Shown here: one piece after another, positions 47,366 through 57,437 of the stretch
Layout of the letters: every line of letters begins with the position of its first letter
Position numbering within the stretch: the stretch's first letter is position 1
Assembly (NCBI GenBank): GCA_022821585.1
Contig: JAJEDI010000091.1
Span: 49,547 to 113,546 of the forward strand
DNA from: Caldilineaceae bacterium
GTDB lineage: Bacteria > Chloroflexota > Anaerolineae > Caldilineales > Caldilineaceae
DNA: 64,000 nt
Direction of reading: 5' to 3'
The notes under the pieces: generated by a model
Told to the model about the DNA's origin: nothing
Databases searched by the model: none
The model's input: the letters and a program-made list of their open reading frames with translations, nothing else
Position numbers and translations under genes: made by a program

Positions 47366-48439
47366 ATGACTTCCAGCCCGGCAACAGTGCAGGCGGCAGG
47401 AACGGAAGGCCGGACCTCCCTGAGGCAGTTTACTCGGGTTCTTGGCGCCGTTATCCTGCTGTTTGTCATCTGGAGGGTGACCACTGTCGGGCTATCGGAA
47501 GGCTACCCGGCATCATTCTGGATCTCACAAGCTCTTAACGGCCTGGTTCTCGGCGGTGTCTACGCCCTGGTCGCGCTGGGTTATACGCTAGTCTACGGAA
47601 TCCTGTTCATGATCAATTTCGCTCACGGCGAAGTCATGATGATCGGCGGGATTACCGGATATTTCGCGCTTCAGTTCGCCCAGGCTCGCGGTTGGATGGA
47701 AGGGCCATGGGCGGTGGTTGTCGTAGCCCTGCTCTTGATTATGTTCATCGGCATGGCGGCTTCGGTCCTGATTGGAGTCACTCTGGAACGTCTTGCGTAC
47801 CGGCCATTGCGCCAGGCCCCCAGATTGGTACCTCTTATCAGCGCCATCGGCGCGTCTCTCTTCCTGCAGTACTCGGTACTCCTGATTTTCGGTGTAAGCC
47901 CGCACAGCTATCGCAAGCCTGCCCTCATTTCAGGAGGTTTACGATTGGGCGATGTATTCATTCCCTATACGGGGGCTATCATCTTCGTCACTTCCATACT
48001 CCTCATGCTGGCCCTCTATTTCATCATCCAGCGAACAAAGCTGGGACGCGCAATGCGAGCGGTAGCTGAAGACCGCTCCACCGCCTCTCTGATGGGTGTC
48101 GATGTCAACGCCGTCATCGTCGTGACCTTTATGCTGGGCTCTGCACTAGCGGGCGCGGCGGGCGTCATGCTCGGATTCCATAACACGGTCGTCAAATTCA
48201 ACAGCGGTTTTCTCCCAGGTCTCAAGGCCTTTACCGCTGCCGTACTCGGTGGCATCGGCAACATTCCCGGTGCGATGTTCGGCGCGCTCTTACTCGGCTT
48301 GATAGAGGCGATCGGTCCTAGTGCTCTGGGAATCCCCACCGAATACAAGGACGTCATCGCATTCAGTCTCCTGGTGCTTATTCTGATTTTCCGGCCCACG
48401 GGCCTGTTCGGTGAAGTACTGAGCGAGAAAAAAGCCTGA
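47366..48439 (+). CDS. livH: branched-chain amino acid ABC transporter permease (LivH type)
   Basis: 357 aa. QALNGLVLGGVYALVALGYTLVYGILFMINFAHGEV is the LivH signature. It is preceded by a 50-aa extension with one TM. Confidence 0.9.
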   Translation: MTSSPATVQAAGTEGRTSLRQFTRVLGAVILLFVIWRVTTVGLSEGYPASFWISQALNGLVLGGVYALVALGYTLVYGILFMINFAHGEVMMIGGITGYFALQFAQARGWMEGPWAVVVVALLLIMFIGMAASVLIGVTLERLAYRPLRQAPRLVPLISAIGASLFLQYSVLLIFGVSPHSYRKPALISGGLRLGDVFIPYTGAIIFVTSILLMLALYFIIQRTKLGRAMRAVAEDRSTASLMGVDVNAVIVVTFMLGSALAGAAGVMLGFHNTVVKFNSGFLPGLKAFTAAVLGGIGNIPGAMFGALLLGLIEAIGPSALGIPTEYKDVIAFSLLVLILIFRPTGLFGEVLSEKKA

Positions 48440-50361
48440 TGCCTGTGGAATCTGCAACCAGGGCCGTACGCACGGGACTCGTGGCCTTCGCCTTCCTGGC
48501 CTACCTGATCTTCATCGGCGTCCCCGGAAAGATTGGGGGTTCGGCCCTGCCGGTCCTCGCGCTAATATCCGCCCTTTTCATTTGGCTGGCCTTGCGTCGC
48601 GAATCCGCAGCCCTGTCCGGAACCGCAGTAGATCCAGGGCCGGGCGCCTATCAAAAAAAACCGGGCTGGGAAATCGGACCCCGGGACACTTCAGATGCTT
48701 CGCCATTCGTTGACCATCTGCCCTTTAGCGTGGTCACTGGGTTCGTCCTTAAGGGAGTGCTGGCGGGATGTACAACGGGACTGCTCATCGCCGTCCTGAG
48801 CGGAGTCTCTGCCACCGCCATGGGTAACGGAGTGTCCATTCAGCCAGTCTTTGACAAGATTGTTCCCGTCAATGTCGCCGCCCTGATAGGCGTGAGTCCG
48901 GGACAGATAGCACAAGCTGAAGTACCACTCCTAAGATTCGTTCTACAGGTACTGTTTTTCGCCGGCGCCGGGCTACTTGCCGCCCTGGTCGCGGCTGCCG
49001 CCAGGAGCAGTCAATCACAAGCTGAGCAGCTGGCCCGGCTCACGACCCGCCTTTCCGGACCTACCACGGTGAATGTCGCCCGCTACGCAGGCGTTGCCTT
49101 ACCCTTCCTACTGCTAGCCTACATCGCGTGGCTCGGGCTGCCAGGGGTTTCCGTTTTCGGCTCCAATGAAGGGACAATCCGGCTGCTCATCACTTTGATC
49201 GCTACAGGGAGCGGACTGTTTGCTTTACGCCTGTCACTGCCGGGACGGGAGAGGACGGTAGTGGGGGTACTGCTTGGCCTTGGTGTTCTTGCGATGCCTT
49301 TCATTCTTGATCAGTTTCAGAACTCCGTAATGGGGTTGGTCTTCATTTTCGTGATGATGGGACTGGGACTGAACATCGTCGTGGGTTACGCCGGTCTCCT
49401 GGACCTGGGCTATGTAGCCTTCTTCGCAATCGGGGCATACACCTACGCTTTCCTTTCGGCCCCTTTCTCCTCGCCCTACGTCAGCAGCTTACTCCTTCTC
49501 TTGGGCGTCGCTCCCGAGAGTCCTCTTCTCGGCTACTGGATGGCCCTGCCGGTTGCCATGTTGACGGCAGCCGCGGGAGGCATCCTGCTGGGCATTCCGG
49601 TCCTGCGTATGAGGGGCGATTATCTGGCCATTGTTACACTCGGCTTCGGCGAGATCATACGCCTCTTCATGCTAAATCTGGGGGAGCTGACCAACGGGCC
49701 GCGCGGCATTCTTGAGATCTCCCAGCCCGCTCTTTTCGGCCTTTCACCGTCAAGTGTTACCTTCGGCCTGCTCAGCTCTCAGGGCTGGATCTTCCTACTG
49801 GCTCTGGTCAGTTCGGCTCTGGTCGCGTTTGTGGCAATCCGCCTCAATGACTCACGATTGGGTCGCGCCTGGTTTGCCATGCAGGAAGACGAAGATGTCG
49901 CTGAAGCGACAGGTGTGCATCTTGTGCGTACCAAACTGCTCGCATTTGCCATCGGCGCAACATTTGCGGGCATGGCGGGCCAGCTTTACGCTGCGAGGCA
50001 GATCAATATCTTTCCTGAGAATTTCTCGCTCTTCGTCTCTATCGACGCCCTGGCTCTGATAATCGTCGGCGGCATTGGCAGTCCCGCCGGCATCGTCCTG
50101 GGCGCCCTTGCACTCAAAGGGCTGCCGGAAGTGTTGCGCGGCGTCGACGAGTACCGAATCGTCACGTTCGCGGCCCTGCTAGTCATCATGATGATCGTGC
50201 GTCCTGCCGGCATCTTGCCCTCCGCCCGCCGCCGCATACAGATAAATGACCCCAATGAAATGGGACCTGACAGCAAAATTGTATCGGACGGGGAAGCCGA
50301 GGTAGTGCAGACGGCGGGGGTTGCCAAAAACGCAGCGAATGGGCAGGAGGAGGCCATGTGA
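48439..50361 (+). CDS. livM: branched-chain amino acid ABC transporter permease (LivM type) with a long polytopic N-terminal extension
   Basis: 640 aa. The start overlaps the livH stop by 1 nt (TGATG). The LivM core begins near residue 280-290 (GLNIVVGYAGLLDLGYVAFFAIGAY). Residues 1-275 form extra TM segments. Confidence 0.85.
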   Translation: MPVESATRAVRTGLVAFAFLAYLIFIGVPGKIGGSALPVLALISALFIWLALRRESAALSGTAVDPGPGAYQKKPGWEIGPRDTSDASPFVDHLPFSVVTGFVLKGVLAGCTTGLLIAVLSGVSATAMGNGVSIQPVFDKIVPVNVAALIGVSPGQIAQAEVPLLRFVLQVLFFAGAGLLAALVAAAARSSQSQAEQLARLTTRLSGPTTVNVARYAGVALPFLLLAYIAWLGLPGVSVFGSNEGTIRLLITLIATGSGLFALRLSLPGRERTVVGVLLGLGVLAMPFILDQFQNSVMGLVFIFVMMGLGLNIVVGYAGLLDLGYVAFFAIGAYTYAFLSAPFSSPYVSSLLLLLGVAPESPLLGYWMALPVAMLTAAAGGILLGIPVLRMRGDYLAIVTLGFGEIIRLFMLNLGELTNGPRGILEISQPALFGLSPSSVTFGLLSSQGWIFLLALVSSALVAFVAIRLNDSRLGRAWFAMQEDEDVAEATGVHLVRTKLLAFAIGATFAGMAGQLYAARQINIFPENFSLFVSIDALALIIVGGIGSPAGIVLGALALKGLPEVLRGVDEYRIVTFAALLVIMMIVRPAGILPSARRRIQINDPNEMGPDSKIVSDGEAEVVQTAGVAKNAANGQEEAM

Positions 50362-51158
50362 CCGCCCTTCTCAGCGTCCAACGCGTAACCAAAGTATTTG
50401 GCGGCCTGACGGCGGTCGACGGCGTTGACCTCGACATCGAGGAGCGTTCGATTACATCGTTGATCGGTCCCAATGGCGCCGGGAAAACAACACTCTTCAA
50501 CTGCCTGACAGGTCTGCACCGGCCGGAGGTGGGCGAAATTCTGTTCAGTGGAAGTTCGCTGATTGGCCTCCGTCCGGATGAAATCACTGACCGCGGCGTA
50601 GCCCGAACCTATCAGAACATTCGCCTATTCGGCAGAATGACGGCGCTCGAAAACGTCCTCGTCGGTCAGCATCTGCGGCTGGAGGCCTCCCACTGGAGCG
50701 CGGTTCTGCGTACGGCCCGCCAGCAGTCCGAGGAGCGCGCCGCAAGGGAACTCGCCCGCGATCTGCTCGATTTCGTCGGCCTGAGCGGCCGCGAAGGGGT
50801 CGTGTCCACCAATCTGCCGTACGGAGATCAGAGATTGCTTGAGGTTGCCCGGGCCCTGGGAAGTCGTCCCCGCCTACTGCTCCTGGACGAGCCGGCCGCA
50901 GGCATGAATCCCAGCGAGACCGACCGCATGATGGATCTCGTCCACAGGCTTCGCGACGAGAAGGGGATTACAGTATTCCTGATCGAACACGACATGAAGG
51001 TCGTGATGAGTATCTCAGAAAGTGTGGCCGTACTGGATTACGGTGAAAAGATCGCCGAAGGCACACCTGAAGAGGTCCGCGCAAACGCGCGCGTTGTAGA
51101 GGCCTACCTTGGCCCGGAGGTCGAAGTGCAGGAAGCGACCGAGTCCGCGAGCCACTGA
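50358..51158 (+). CDS. livG: branched-chain amino acid ABC transporter ATP-binding protein (LivG type)
   Basis: Walker A GPNGAGKTT, ARTYQNIRLFGRMTALENV, LPYGDQRLLEVARAL, Walker B LLLLDEPAAGMN. 4-nt overlap with livM. Confidence 0.9.
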   Translation: MTALLSVQRVTKVFGGLTAVDGVDLDIEERSITSLIGPNGAGKTTLFNCLTGLHRPEVGEILFSGSSLIGLRPDEITDRGVARTYQNIRLFGRMTALENVLVGQHLRLEASHWSAVLRTARQQSEERAARELARDLLDFVGLSGREGVVSTNLPYGDQRLLEVARALGSRPRLLLLDEPAAGMNPSETDRMMDLVHRLRDEKGITVFLIEHDMKVVMSISESVAVLDYGEKIAEGTPEEVRANARVVEAYLGPEVEVQEATESASH

Positions 51159-51161
51159 ACC

Positions 51162-51914
51162 ATGTTGAAACTGGATTCTGTCCACACCTACTACGGCCAC
51201 ATTCACGCGCTTAAGGGTGTGTCCTTAACGGTGAATGAAGGGGAGATCGTTACGTTGATCGGCTCAAACGGCGCCGGCAAGACGACCACGCTAAACACGA
51301 TCAGCGGTGTGTTGTCGGCCCGCGCCGGTGCAGTCTACTTGCAGGATACAACTCGCAAGGCAGGTGAACAACACGGGAACGGCCGCGATGGTGACATTCG
51401 ACTGGACCAACTGCCCGCCCATGAGGTAGCCAGGCTGGGCGTCTCGCAGTCTCCGGAAGGACGCAAGATCTTCGCCCGACTCTCAGTACAGGAGAATCTG
51501 GCGATGGGCGCATTCGCCCGCACTGACGCCGATGGTGTCCGACTCGACCTGGAACGCGTTTTCGAGCTTTTCCCGCGCCTCAAGGAACGCCTGAGCCAGC
51601 CGGGGGGTACACTGTCCGGCGGTGAACAGCAGATGCTGGCGATCGGCCGCGCCCTCATGAGCAGGCCCCGCATCCTCCTCCTCGACGAGCCCTCAATGGG
51701 ACTGGCCCCTATCCTTGTACAGCAGATCTTTCAGATCATCCGCGAGATTAACGCCCAAGGCATTACCATCCTGCTCGTGGAACAGAACGCACAGGCTGCG
51801 CTTCAAGTTGCCGACCGCGGGTACGTCCTCGAAACGGGGAACATAGTCCTGAGCGGCGCTGCAGGCGACCTTCTGGCCAACCCGCAGGTAGCCGAGGCAT
51901 ATCTGGGCATCTGA
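51162..51914 (+). CDS. livF: branched-chain amino acid ABC transporter ATP-binding protein (LivF type)
   Basis: Walker A GSNGAGKTT, signature LSGGEQQMLAIGRAL, Walker B ILLLDEPSMGLAP. It carries a roughly 15-20 aa insertion (TRKAGEQHGNGRDGDIRLDQ) after the first beta hairpin. Confidence 0.9.
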   Translation: MLKLDSVHTYYGHIHALKGVSLTVNEGEIVTLIGSNGAGKTTTLNTISGVLSARAGAVYLQDTTRKAGEQHGNGRDGDIRLDQLPAHEVARLGVSQSPEGRKIFARLSVQENLAMGAFARTDADGVRLDLERVFELFPRLKERLSQPGGTLSGGEQQMLAIGRALMSRPRILLLDEPSMGLAPILVQQIFQIIREINAQGITILLVEQNAQAALQVADRGYVLETGNIVLSGAAGDLLANPQVAEAYLGI

Positions 51915-51964
51915 CACGGCAGGCGGGTCCACCACAGCGATGAGTAAAGGGCGGAGGGTCCAGT

Positions 51965-52915
51965 CTAAAACAGCCGACGCTTGTCCACGATATTGCGAAC
52001 AGGTTCGCCGGCGATATAGCGACGCAAGTTGTCCCGCAACGTGTCAATGCGGCGTTGGGGTACATGCGGGTTATTCGCAGCCACATGGGGAGTCAGAATG
52101 ACGTTCTCCATCTTCCAGAGCGGATGCTCCGCCGGCAGGGGCTCCGTCTCGTAGACATCCAACGCCGCGCCGGCGATTCCGCCTGACTCCAGTGCCGCAA
52201 CCAACGCGTCCAGCTTGACGACGACCCCGCGACTGATGTTGATCAGATATGCCGATGATTTCATCTGCCCGATCTCTTCGGCGCCGATCAGGCCGACCGT
52301 CTCCGGCGTCTGCGGAACGCAACTGACGGCGAAGTCCGATTCTCCCAGCAGATCGTGCAGCCGATCCTGCGGCCACAACGCGTCCAGGTTGAGAGAGTGG
52401 CTCGGCGCCGCCTCAGGCCGCGCATCGACAGCGATAACGCGCATGTCGTGCGCCTTACCCCGTCGGGCCAGCTCCGACCCAATACCTCCCAGCCCAATCA
52501 CACCCAATGTGCAATCTCCCAGATGGCGTACAGGCGTCCCCTTTTGCCACACGCCCCGGATCTGGCGACGCATGTAGAGATGTATTCCGCGCGCGAACAT
52601 CAGGATGAAGCAGAATGCATGGTCTGCTATCATATCGCTGTAGATTTTCGCCATGTTGCTGACCACGATGTCGCTCTCGGCAAGCTCCGTGAACATGTAG
52701 TGCTCCAGCCCGGCGATCGGTGTCTGAAGCCAGCGCAAGCTTTCGGCACGCTCCAGTAGAGCCGGCGTCAGATCTCCGTACATGCCGACTGCTTGAGGAA
52801 TCGCGGCGAGAGCCTCCTCCTCGGTCAGCGCATTGACAATCTCCAGTTCAGGAGACACGGCCCGTACCTGTTCAAGTTCGTCGGGTGTTAGAGCGGGGTA
52901 GATTAGAAAGTTCAT
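51965..52915 (-). CDS. D-isomer-specific 2-hydroxyacid dehydrogenase family protein
   Basis: Internal ATG of ORF 51965..53020. NAD motif LGVIGLGGIGSELARR, with the catalytic region NISRGVVV..ALDVYETEPLP..NVILTPHVA. Confidence 0.85.
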   Translation of the reverse strand: MNFLIYPALTPDELEQVRAVSPELEIVNALTEEEALAAIPQAVGMYGDLTPALLERAESLRWLQTPIAGLEHYMFTELAESDIVVSNMAKIYSDMIADHAFCFILMFARGIHLYMRRQIRGVWQKGTPVRHLGDCTLGVIGLGGIGSELARRGKAHDMRVIAVDARPEAAPSHSLNLDALWPQDRLHDLLGESDFAVSCVPQTPETVGLIGAEEIGQMKSSAYLINISRGVVVKLDALVAALESGGIAGAALDVYETEPLPAEHPLWKMENVILTPHVAANNPHVPQRRIDTLRDNLRRYIAGEPVRNIVDKRRLF

Positions 52916-52937
52916 CGATAACAATCCTCTCTGTTCG

Positions 52938-54092
52938 TTAGTCCGGCTTTTGCCTGAATGCAGCAAACTTGTCCGCGCACAGCAACTGGTCAATTTCCAC
53001 TCTTTCACCGCCCATTTCATCCGATACGTTCGCCCCTATGACGGCAGCGAGGCTGTTCATGGCATCTCCGAAAGGCGAGCGGATCAGCTCCGGACGGTCT
53101 TCAGCAATCGCCCGAACGAATACCTGGCTGATGGCAAACGTATCGTCACCTCCTCGCCCTTCATAGAGCGTTTTCGTAACGGCAGGCTGTGGCGGCGGTT
53201 GTGAGGGCGGATAGAGCCCGTTATACTCGTACATCGTGACGCCCCCCCAGCAGATCTCGGCCCGCCCTTCCGTCCACAGGACCTGATGGTCCATGAAGTC
53301 GGCGTACACCTTGCGCAGGCGCGATAACGTCATCGTGCCGACGGCGCCGCCGTCGAATCCAAATAGCGCACAGTACGTGTAGGGATTGTCGGCATCGTCA
53401 TAGACTTCGTCATCGGGCCGGTGCTGGTAGTGGGCTTGCACCCACTCGACGTCGCCAAACCAGTAGCGCCACAGGTCGAGGAGATGAATGCCGCCCTCGA
53501 CGACCGTCATTCCGCTCCAGGCCCGGTTCGCGGTCCATACCCTGTTGCCCGGGCCGCCGTGCAGTTCGGTCCGATGGTGCTTGACATTGTGTCCTTCCAG
53601 TGGACCGTGATAGGTGTAACTTGCCATGAGGGGCCGTCTTCCCTCGCGCAGGTGCCTTTGGACAGCTTCGTGGCGGCCGTCGAATCGCTGTTGGAAACCG
53701 GCAGTAGAGAGGACGCCGGCCTCCCTGATCGCCGCCTCCATCTCCAGAGCCTCCTCCAGATAGAGGCTCATTGGTTTTTCGACAAAGAGGTGAAGGCCTG
53801 CCTGGGCCGCGCGCACAACTTCGCCCGAGTGGACGTTCGGCGGAATGCAGACATAGAGTGCATCCTGTTCCTGACCAAGAAGCTCCGCAAAGCTGGTGGT
53901 ATGCAGTATGCCGTCTGGCTGAAAGCCCTCCACGTAATTTCGGATCTTGTCCGCATCGAGATTTGCGGCAAACGCGTCAGCCAGGGCTGTAAGCCGGACC
54001 GCGCCCTGGTCCTGGAGTGCCCATAGTGATTTCAAATGCTGAAGCCCCCGCTGGCCTAGACCCATCAGAGCCACGCGAACAGGTTTTTTCAT
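52938..54092 (-). CDS. Gfo/Idh/MocA family oxidoreductase
   Basis: 384 aa with the N-terminal Rossmann fold VRVALMGLGQRGLQHL and the family EKP motif (HLFVEKPMS). Confidence 0.85.
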   Translation of the reverse strand: MKKPVRVALMGLGQRGLQHLKSLWALQDQGAVRLTALADAFAANLDADKIRNYVEGFQPDGILHTTSFAELLGQEQDALYVCIPPNVHSGEVVRAAQAGLHLFVEKPMSLYLEEALEMEAAIREAGVLSTAGFQQRFDGRHEAVQRHLREGRRPLMASYTYHGPLEGHNVKHHRTELHGGPGNRVWTANRAWSGMTVVEGGIHLLDLWRYWFGDVEWVQAHYQHRPDDEVYDDADNPYTYCALFGFDGGAVGTMTLSRLRKVYADFMDHQVLWTEGRAEICWGGVTMYEYNGLYPPSQPPPQPAVTKTLYEGRGGDDTFAISQVFVRAIAEDRPELIRSPFGDAMNSLAAVIGANVSDEMGGERVEIDQLLCADKFAAFRQKPD

Positions 54093-54296
54093 CTTAGCTC
54101 CTCTATCTCAGAATCTTTGGGAAAATCCGGCTTTCCCGCCACTGCTAAGTCCTGTGCAGGTGACGACCTTCTTTCTCTTCGGCAAGGAGTGTGCTTGAAT
54201 ACACCCACCTGAATTCCACTCATTGTAGCGGAAAACGGTCCGTGGGCAACGCCGGACGAACGGGCAGCTTCTTCTGCATCAAGTAGCCGTGAATAT

Positions 54297-54325
54297 TTGC
54301 TATCTGGATTCAAAGCGTCTATAAT
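54297..54325 (+). promoter_or_regulatory. near-consensus sigma70-type promoter upstream of rpmG
   Basis: TTGCTA-17 nt-TATAAT. It would give a leader of roughly 165 nt before the rpmG ATG at 54498. Confidence 0.45.
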
Positions 54326-54497
54326 TTCGAACGATTATTGTCGAGTTCCAAAGAGAGCAAGCTGCCGCTCTTTTTGCCAATCTTCCCGAACCGACTCCCT
54401 CGTGGTGGCGATTTGGGCTGGAAGCTGAGGTGTGCAATACGCCGTGTCCGCAAGGGCAAGGCAAAAAGCGACCTCAGGAAGTGAATCGGAGGCGAAA

Positions 54498-54659
54498 ATG
54501 GCCAAGAAAGGACCACGTCAACTCGTGAAGATGCGCAGCACTGAGAGCCATCATCTCTATCTGACGTCAAAGAACCGGCGAAACAACGACAAGAGACTGG
54601 AGTTGAAGAAATACGACCCGGTCCTGCGCAAGCATGTCGTTTACCGGGAGACAAGGTAA
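54498..54659 (+). CDS. rpmG: 50S ribosomal protein L33 (Cys-free, C-minus form)
   Basis: Internal ATG of ORF 54432..54659, preceded by [58 protein letters not shown] matches L33. No CxxC zinc ribbon is present. Confidence 0.9.
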   Translation: MAKKGPRQLVKMRSTESHHLYLTSKNRRNNDKRLELKKYDPVLRKHVVYRETR

Positions 54660-54743
54660 AGGCACTCCTGAGACCATTGCCTGACTTCCTCGCAACCTGC
54701 GTCGCCAAGAGTTCGATGGTTTCCCAACTGCATCCAATACGAG

Positions 54744-54784
54744 ACCCGCTGCCAAGAGGTGAAATAGCAGCGGGTTTCTGATTT
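54744..54784 (+). terminator. intrinsic terminator of rpmG
   Basis: ACCCGCTGC-14 nt loop-GCAGCGGGT, followed by TTCTGATTT. Confidence 0.6.
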
Positions 54785-54864
54785 GTAAAGCATTAGGCGT
54801 TCTGACCATAGTTTCGGAGGCCGCCGGCGCTTACCATTTTCTTGAAGCCGTTGGACAGTTCCAA

Positions 54865-54898
54865 CAAAAAAGCAGGGGACCCAAAAGAGTCCTCCCGC
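54865..54898 (-). terminator. intrinsic terminator downstream of tRNA-Lys
   Basis: Minus strand reads GCGGGAGGAC-TCTTTTG-GGTCCCCTGC (one bulge, one G-U), followed by TTTTTTG. Confidence 0.55.
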
Positions 54899-54905
54899 TC
54901 CGGAG

Positions 54906-54978
54906 TGACCCACCAGGGATTCGAACCCCGAACCCGCGGATTAAGAGTCCGCTGCTCTGCCAGTTGAGCTAGTGGGCC
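54906..54978 (-). tRNA. tRNA-Lys (anticodon CUU)
   Basis: 73-nt cloverleaf: GGCCCACTAGCTCAACTGGCAGAGCAGCGGACTCTTAATCCGCGGGTTCGGGGTTCGAATCCCTGGTGGGTCA. 7-bp acceptor stem (one G-U), D stem GCTC/GAGC, anticodon stem GCGGA/TCCGC with loop CTCTTAA, and T arm CGGGG-TTCGAAT-CCCTG. CCA is not encoded. Confidence 0.9.
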
Positions 54979-55085
54979 GTCTGCCAGGCCACATTGTAGA
55001 TAGCTGACCCCAAAATGTCAAGTTCAAAGCTAATCATTTCCATGCAGAATATCACTTCAAACTGTACCCAGGATAGGGACTACCT

Positions 55086-56384
55086 ATGACATACTCTGAT
55101 AGGGACGTAGAACAGTACGCGAACCTTCTGATCCGGCTTGGCGTCAATCTGCAGCCGGGCCAATCACTCGACATTCGGACGGAGCCGGTTCATCGCGAGT
55201 TTGCGCTGGCACTGGCCTCTGCCGCTTATGATGCCGGCGCCAGATTCGTCGCCATCGAATACAACGACATGCGCCTGCAGAGCATACGCGCCGGCAAGAG
55301 TTCGGAGGAGGAACTCGAGCATCTTCCCGCCTATATTGGAGACATCGCAAACGAACGAAGAGATGAAAGGTGGGCCGCCATCAGCCTGGTTGGCGAAGAA
55401 AATCCGTCGCTCCCCGCGCAGATCGATCCCAATAAACTGCGCATCCTCCAGACTGCCGAGTACCGTGCCACGATGGCGTGGCGTTCGTCGATGATGGAGA
55501 TGAAGCAGCAATGGAACGTGGCGGCCCTGCCCACCCCCGCCTGGGCGCAGAAGGTCTTTCCCAATCTTCCTGAGGAGGAGGCGCTGCTACGTTTCTGGGA
55601 GGAGATCCGTCGAATAATCCGCTTGGACGCGGACGATCCGCTCTCGGCCTGGCAGACTCATCTTTCCCATCTTGCGGCGGCACGTTCAACATTGCAGTCT
55701 AAGCAGGTGCGCGCCCTCCACTTCTATGACCCTGCGCCCGGTCCAGATGGACTGCCCTCCACCGACCTGACTATCGGCCTGACCGACCGGCCACACTGGG
55801 CCGGAGGCAACAGTGGACTGGGAACAGAAGCAGATGAAGAAGGCGGCGATAACGCAACTCCCATTTTCCTCCCCAACATTCCCACGGAGGAATTGTTCAC
55901 TACGCCGCATCGCCTGCGTGTAAACGGGTGGACGCGAACCTCCCGTCCCAGCTTTCCATTCCGCCGGGAAGTAGCCGAAGCCTGGTTCCGCTTTGAAGAC
56001 GGCAAGGTAGTCGAATTCTCGGCGGGCGACGATCAGGAGACCTACGAACAGTTCTTCGACGTCGACGGGACCCGCTATCTCGGCGAAGTCGCCCTCGTTG
56101 ATGTGTCATCTCCTATTTTCAAGAGCGGCCTCACCTACTACAACACACTCTTTGACGAGAATGCTGCCTGCCACGTCGCCTTTGGCAAGGCGTACCCCAT
56201 CGGGCTGGAAGGCGGCGCCGACCTGTCAGAAGCGGAACTGGTGGAGGCCGGTGTGAACAACTCCGATCTCCACCTGGACGTGATGATAGGAACCGCGACT
56301 CTGGACGTAACCGGCCAGCTGAGCAATGGAACCGACCTTGCCATCATGCGTGAGGGCCGATATACGTCCGACGTTCTGGCATGA
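55086..56384 (+). CDS. aminopeptidase, M29 family (AmpS / aminopeptidase T-like)
   Basis: 432 aa. [33 protein letters not shown], and [25 protein letters not shown] match the M29 pattern. Confidence 0.85.
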   Translation: MTYSDRDVEQYANLLIRLGVNLQPGQSLDIRTEPVHREFALALASAAYDAGARFVAIEYNDMRLQSIRAGKSSEEELEHLPAYIGDIANERRDERWAAISLVGEENPSLPAQIDPNKLRILQTAEYRATMAWRSSMMEMKQQWNVAALPTPAWAQKVFPNLPEEEALLRFWEEIRRIIRLDADDPLSAWQTHLSHLAAARSTLQSKQVRALHFYDPAPGPDGLPSTDLTIGLTDRPHWAGGNSGLGTEADEEGGDNATPIFLPNIPTEELFTTPHRLRVNGWTRTSRPSFPFRREVAEAWFRFEDGKVVEFSAGDDQETYEQFFDVDGTRYLGEVALVDVSSPIFKSGLTYYNTLFDENAACHVAFGKAYPIGLEGGADLSEAELVEAGVNNSDLHLDVMIGTATLDVTGQLSNGTDLAIMREGRYTSDVLA

Positions 56385-57355
56385 CTACAGACGACCCTCT
56401 GCAACCCTTCCTTACAGACCAGCTGGCAGTTATTCTCGATGGCGGCCTAGCGACTGAACTGGAGCGGCGAGGCGCAGATCTGCGCGACGAGCTGTGGTCT
56501 GCCCGGCTTCTGATCGAAGATCCTGAATTGATTCGCCAACTCCACCTAGACTACTTCCTGGCCGGAGCTGACGTAGCCGTCAGCGCAAGCTATCAAGCCA
56601 GCTTTGAGGGATTCGCGCGCCGCGGCCTGGGCCGCAAGGAAAGCGCGGCTCTTCTTCAGAGCAGTGTCCGTATCGCGCGGGAGGCGCGCGACCAGTTTTG
56701 GGGGGAACTGCGCGACACGGCCGAAATCGCCCATCGAAAGCGGCCTTTGGTCGCAGCATCCATCGGCAGCTATGGCGCCTACTTGGCCGACGGTTCCGAG
56801 TATCGCGGCGACTACAATGTTTCCAACCGGGAGCTAAGCGACTGGCACCGTCCGAGACTAGAGGCATTGCTGGTGGCGAAGCCGGATCTGCTCGCCTGTG
56901 AAACGATTCCATGCCTGCAGGAAGGAGAGGTCATTGTCGACCTCCTTGACGAATATCGAGACGCGCCAGCCTGGCTGAGCTTCAGCTGCCGCGACGGAGT
57001 GAGTGTATGCAGCGGGGAGAGCTTCGACGCCTGTGTTGAACTGGCAAACGGATCCAATGCCATCGTTGCCGTCGGCTTGAATTGTACCGCACCCCGCTAC
57101 GCCGAACAGCTGCTGCGCAGTGCCAGAAAGGTGACTGACAAACCTCTCGTCTGCTATCCAAATAGCGGTGAGACGTGGGACAGTCCCTCCAACACATGGA
57201 TTCCGAACCTTGGTAATGGCAAGTTCACCGACCGAGCCATTATCTGGAACACCAGCGGAGCTCGACTGATCGGCGGCTGTTGCCGCACTTCGCCCAACGA
57301 CATCCGGGCCCTGGCCGCTCTCCTTGTCCCGATTGCCAGTCAGGAATCCTTATAG
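56381..57355 (+). CDS. mmuM: homocysteine S-methyltransferase
   Basis: 324 aa. [20 protein letters not shown], and the zinc-ligand Cys motifs GLNC and IGGCCRTSP. 4-nt overlap with the aminopeptidase gene. Confidence 0.85.
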   Translation: MTTDDPLQPFLTDQLAVILDGGLATELERRGADLRDELWSARLLIEDPELIRQLHLDYFLAGADVAVSASYQASFEGFARRGLGRKESAALLQSSVRIAREARDQFWGELRDTAEIAHRKRPLVAASIGSYGAYLADGSEYRGDYNVSNRELSDWHRPRLEALLVAKPDLLACETIPCLQEGEVIVDLLDEYRDAPAWLSFSCRDGVSVCSGESFDACVELANGSNAIVAVGLNCTAPRYAEQLLRSARKVTDKPLVCYPNSGETWDSPSNTWIPNLGNGKFTDRAIIWNTSGARLIGGCCRTSPNDIRALAALLVPIASQESL

Positions 57356-57437
57356 CCACGGGCGCGGACGCGAAGGGAGCCGGTCTCTCGAAAGAGTCCG
57401 ACTCCCTATATTCCGATCGGTTGAAAGTGGGAAGCGC

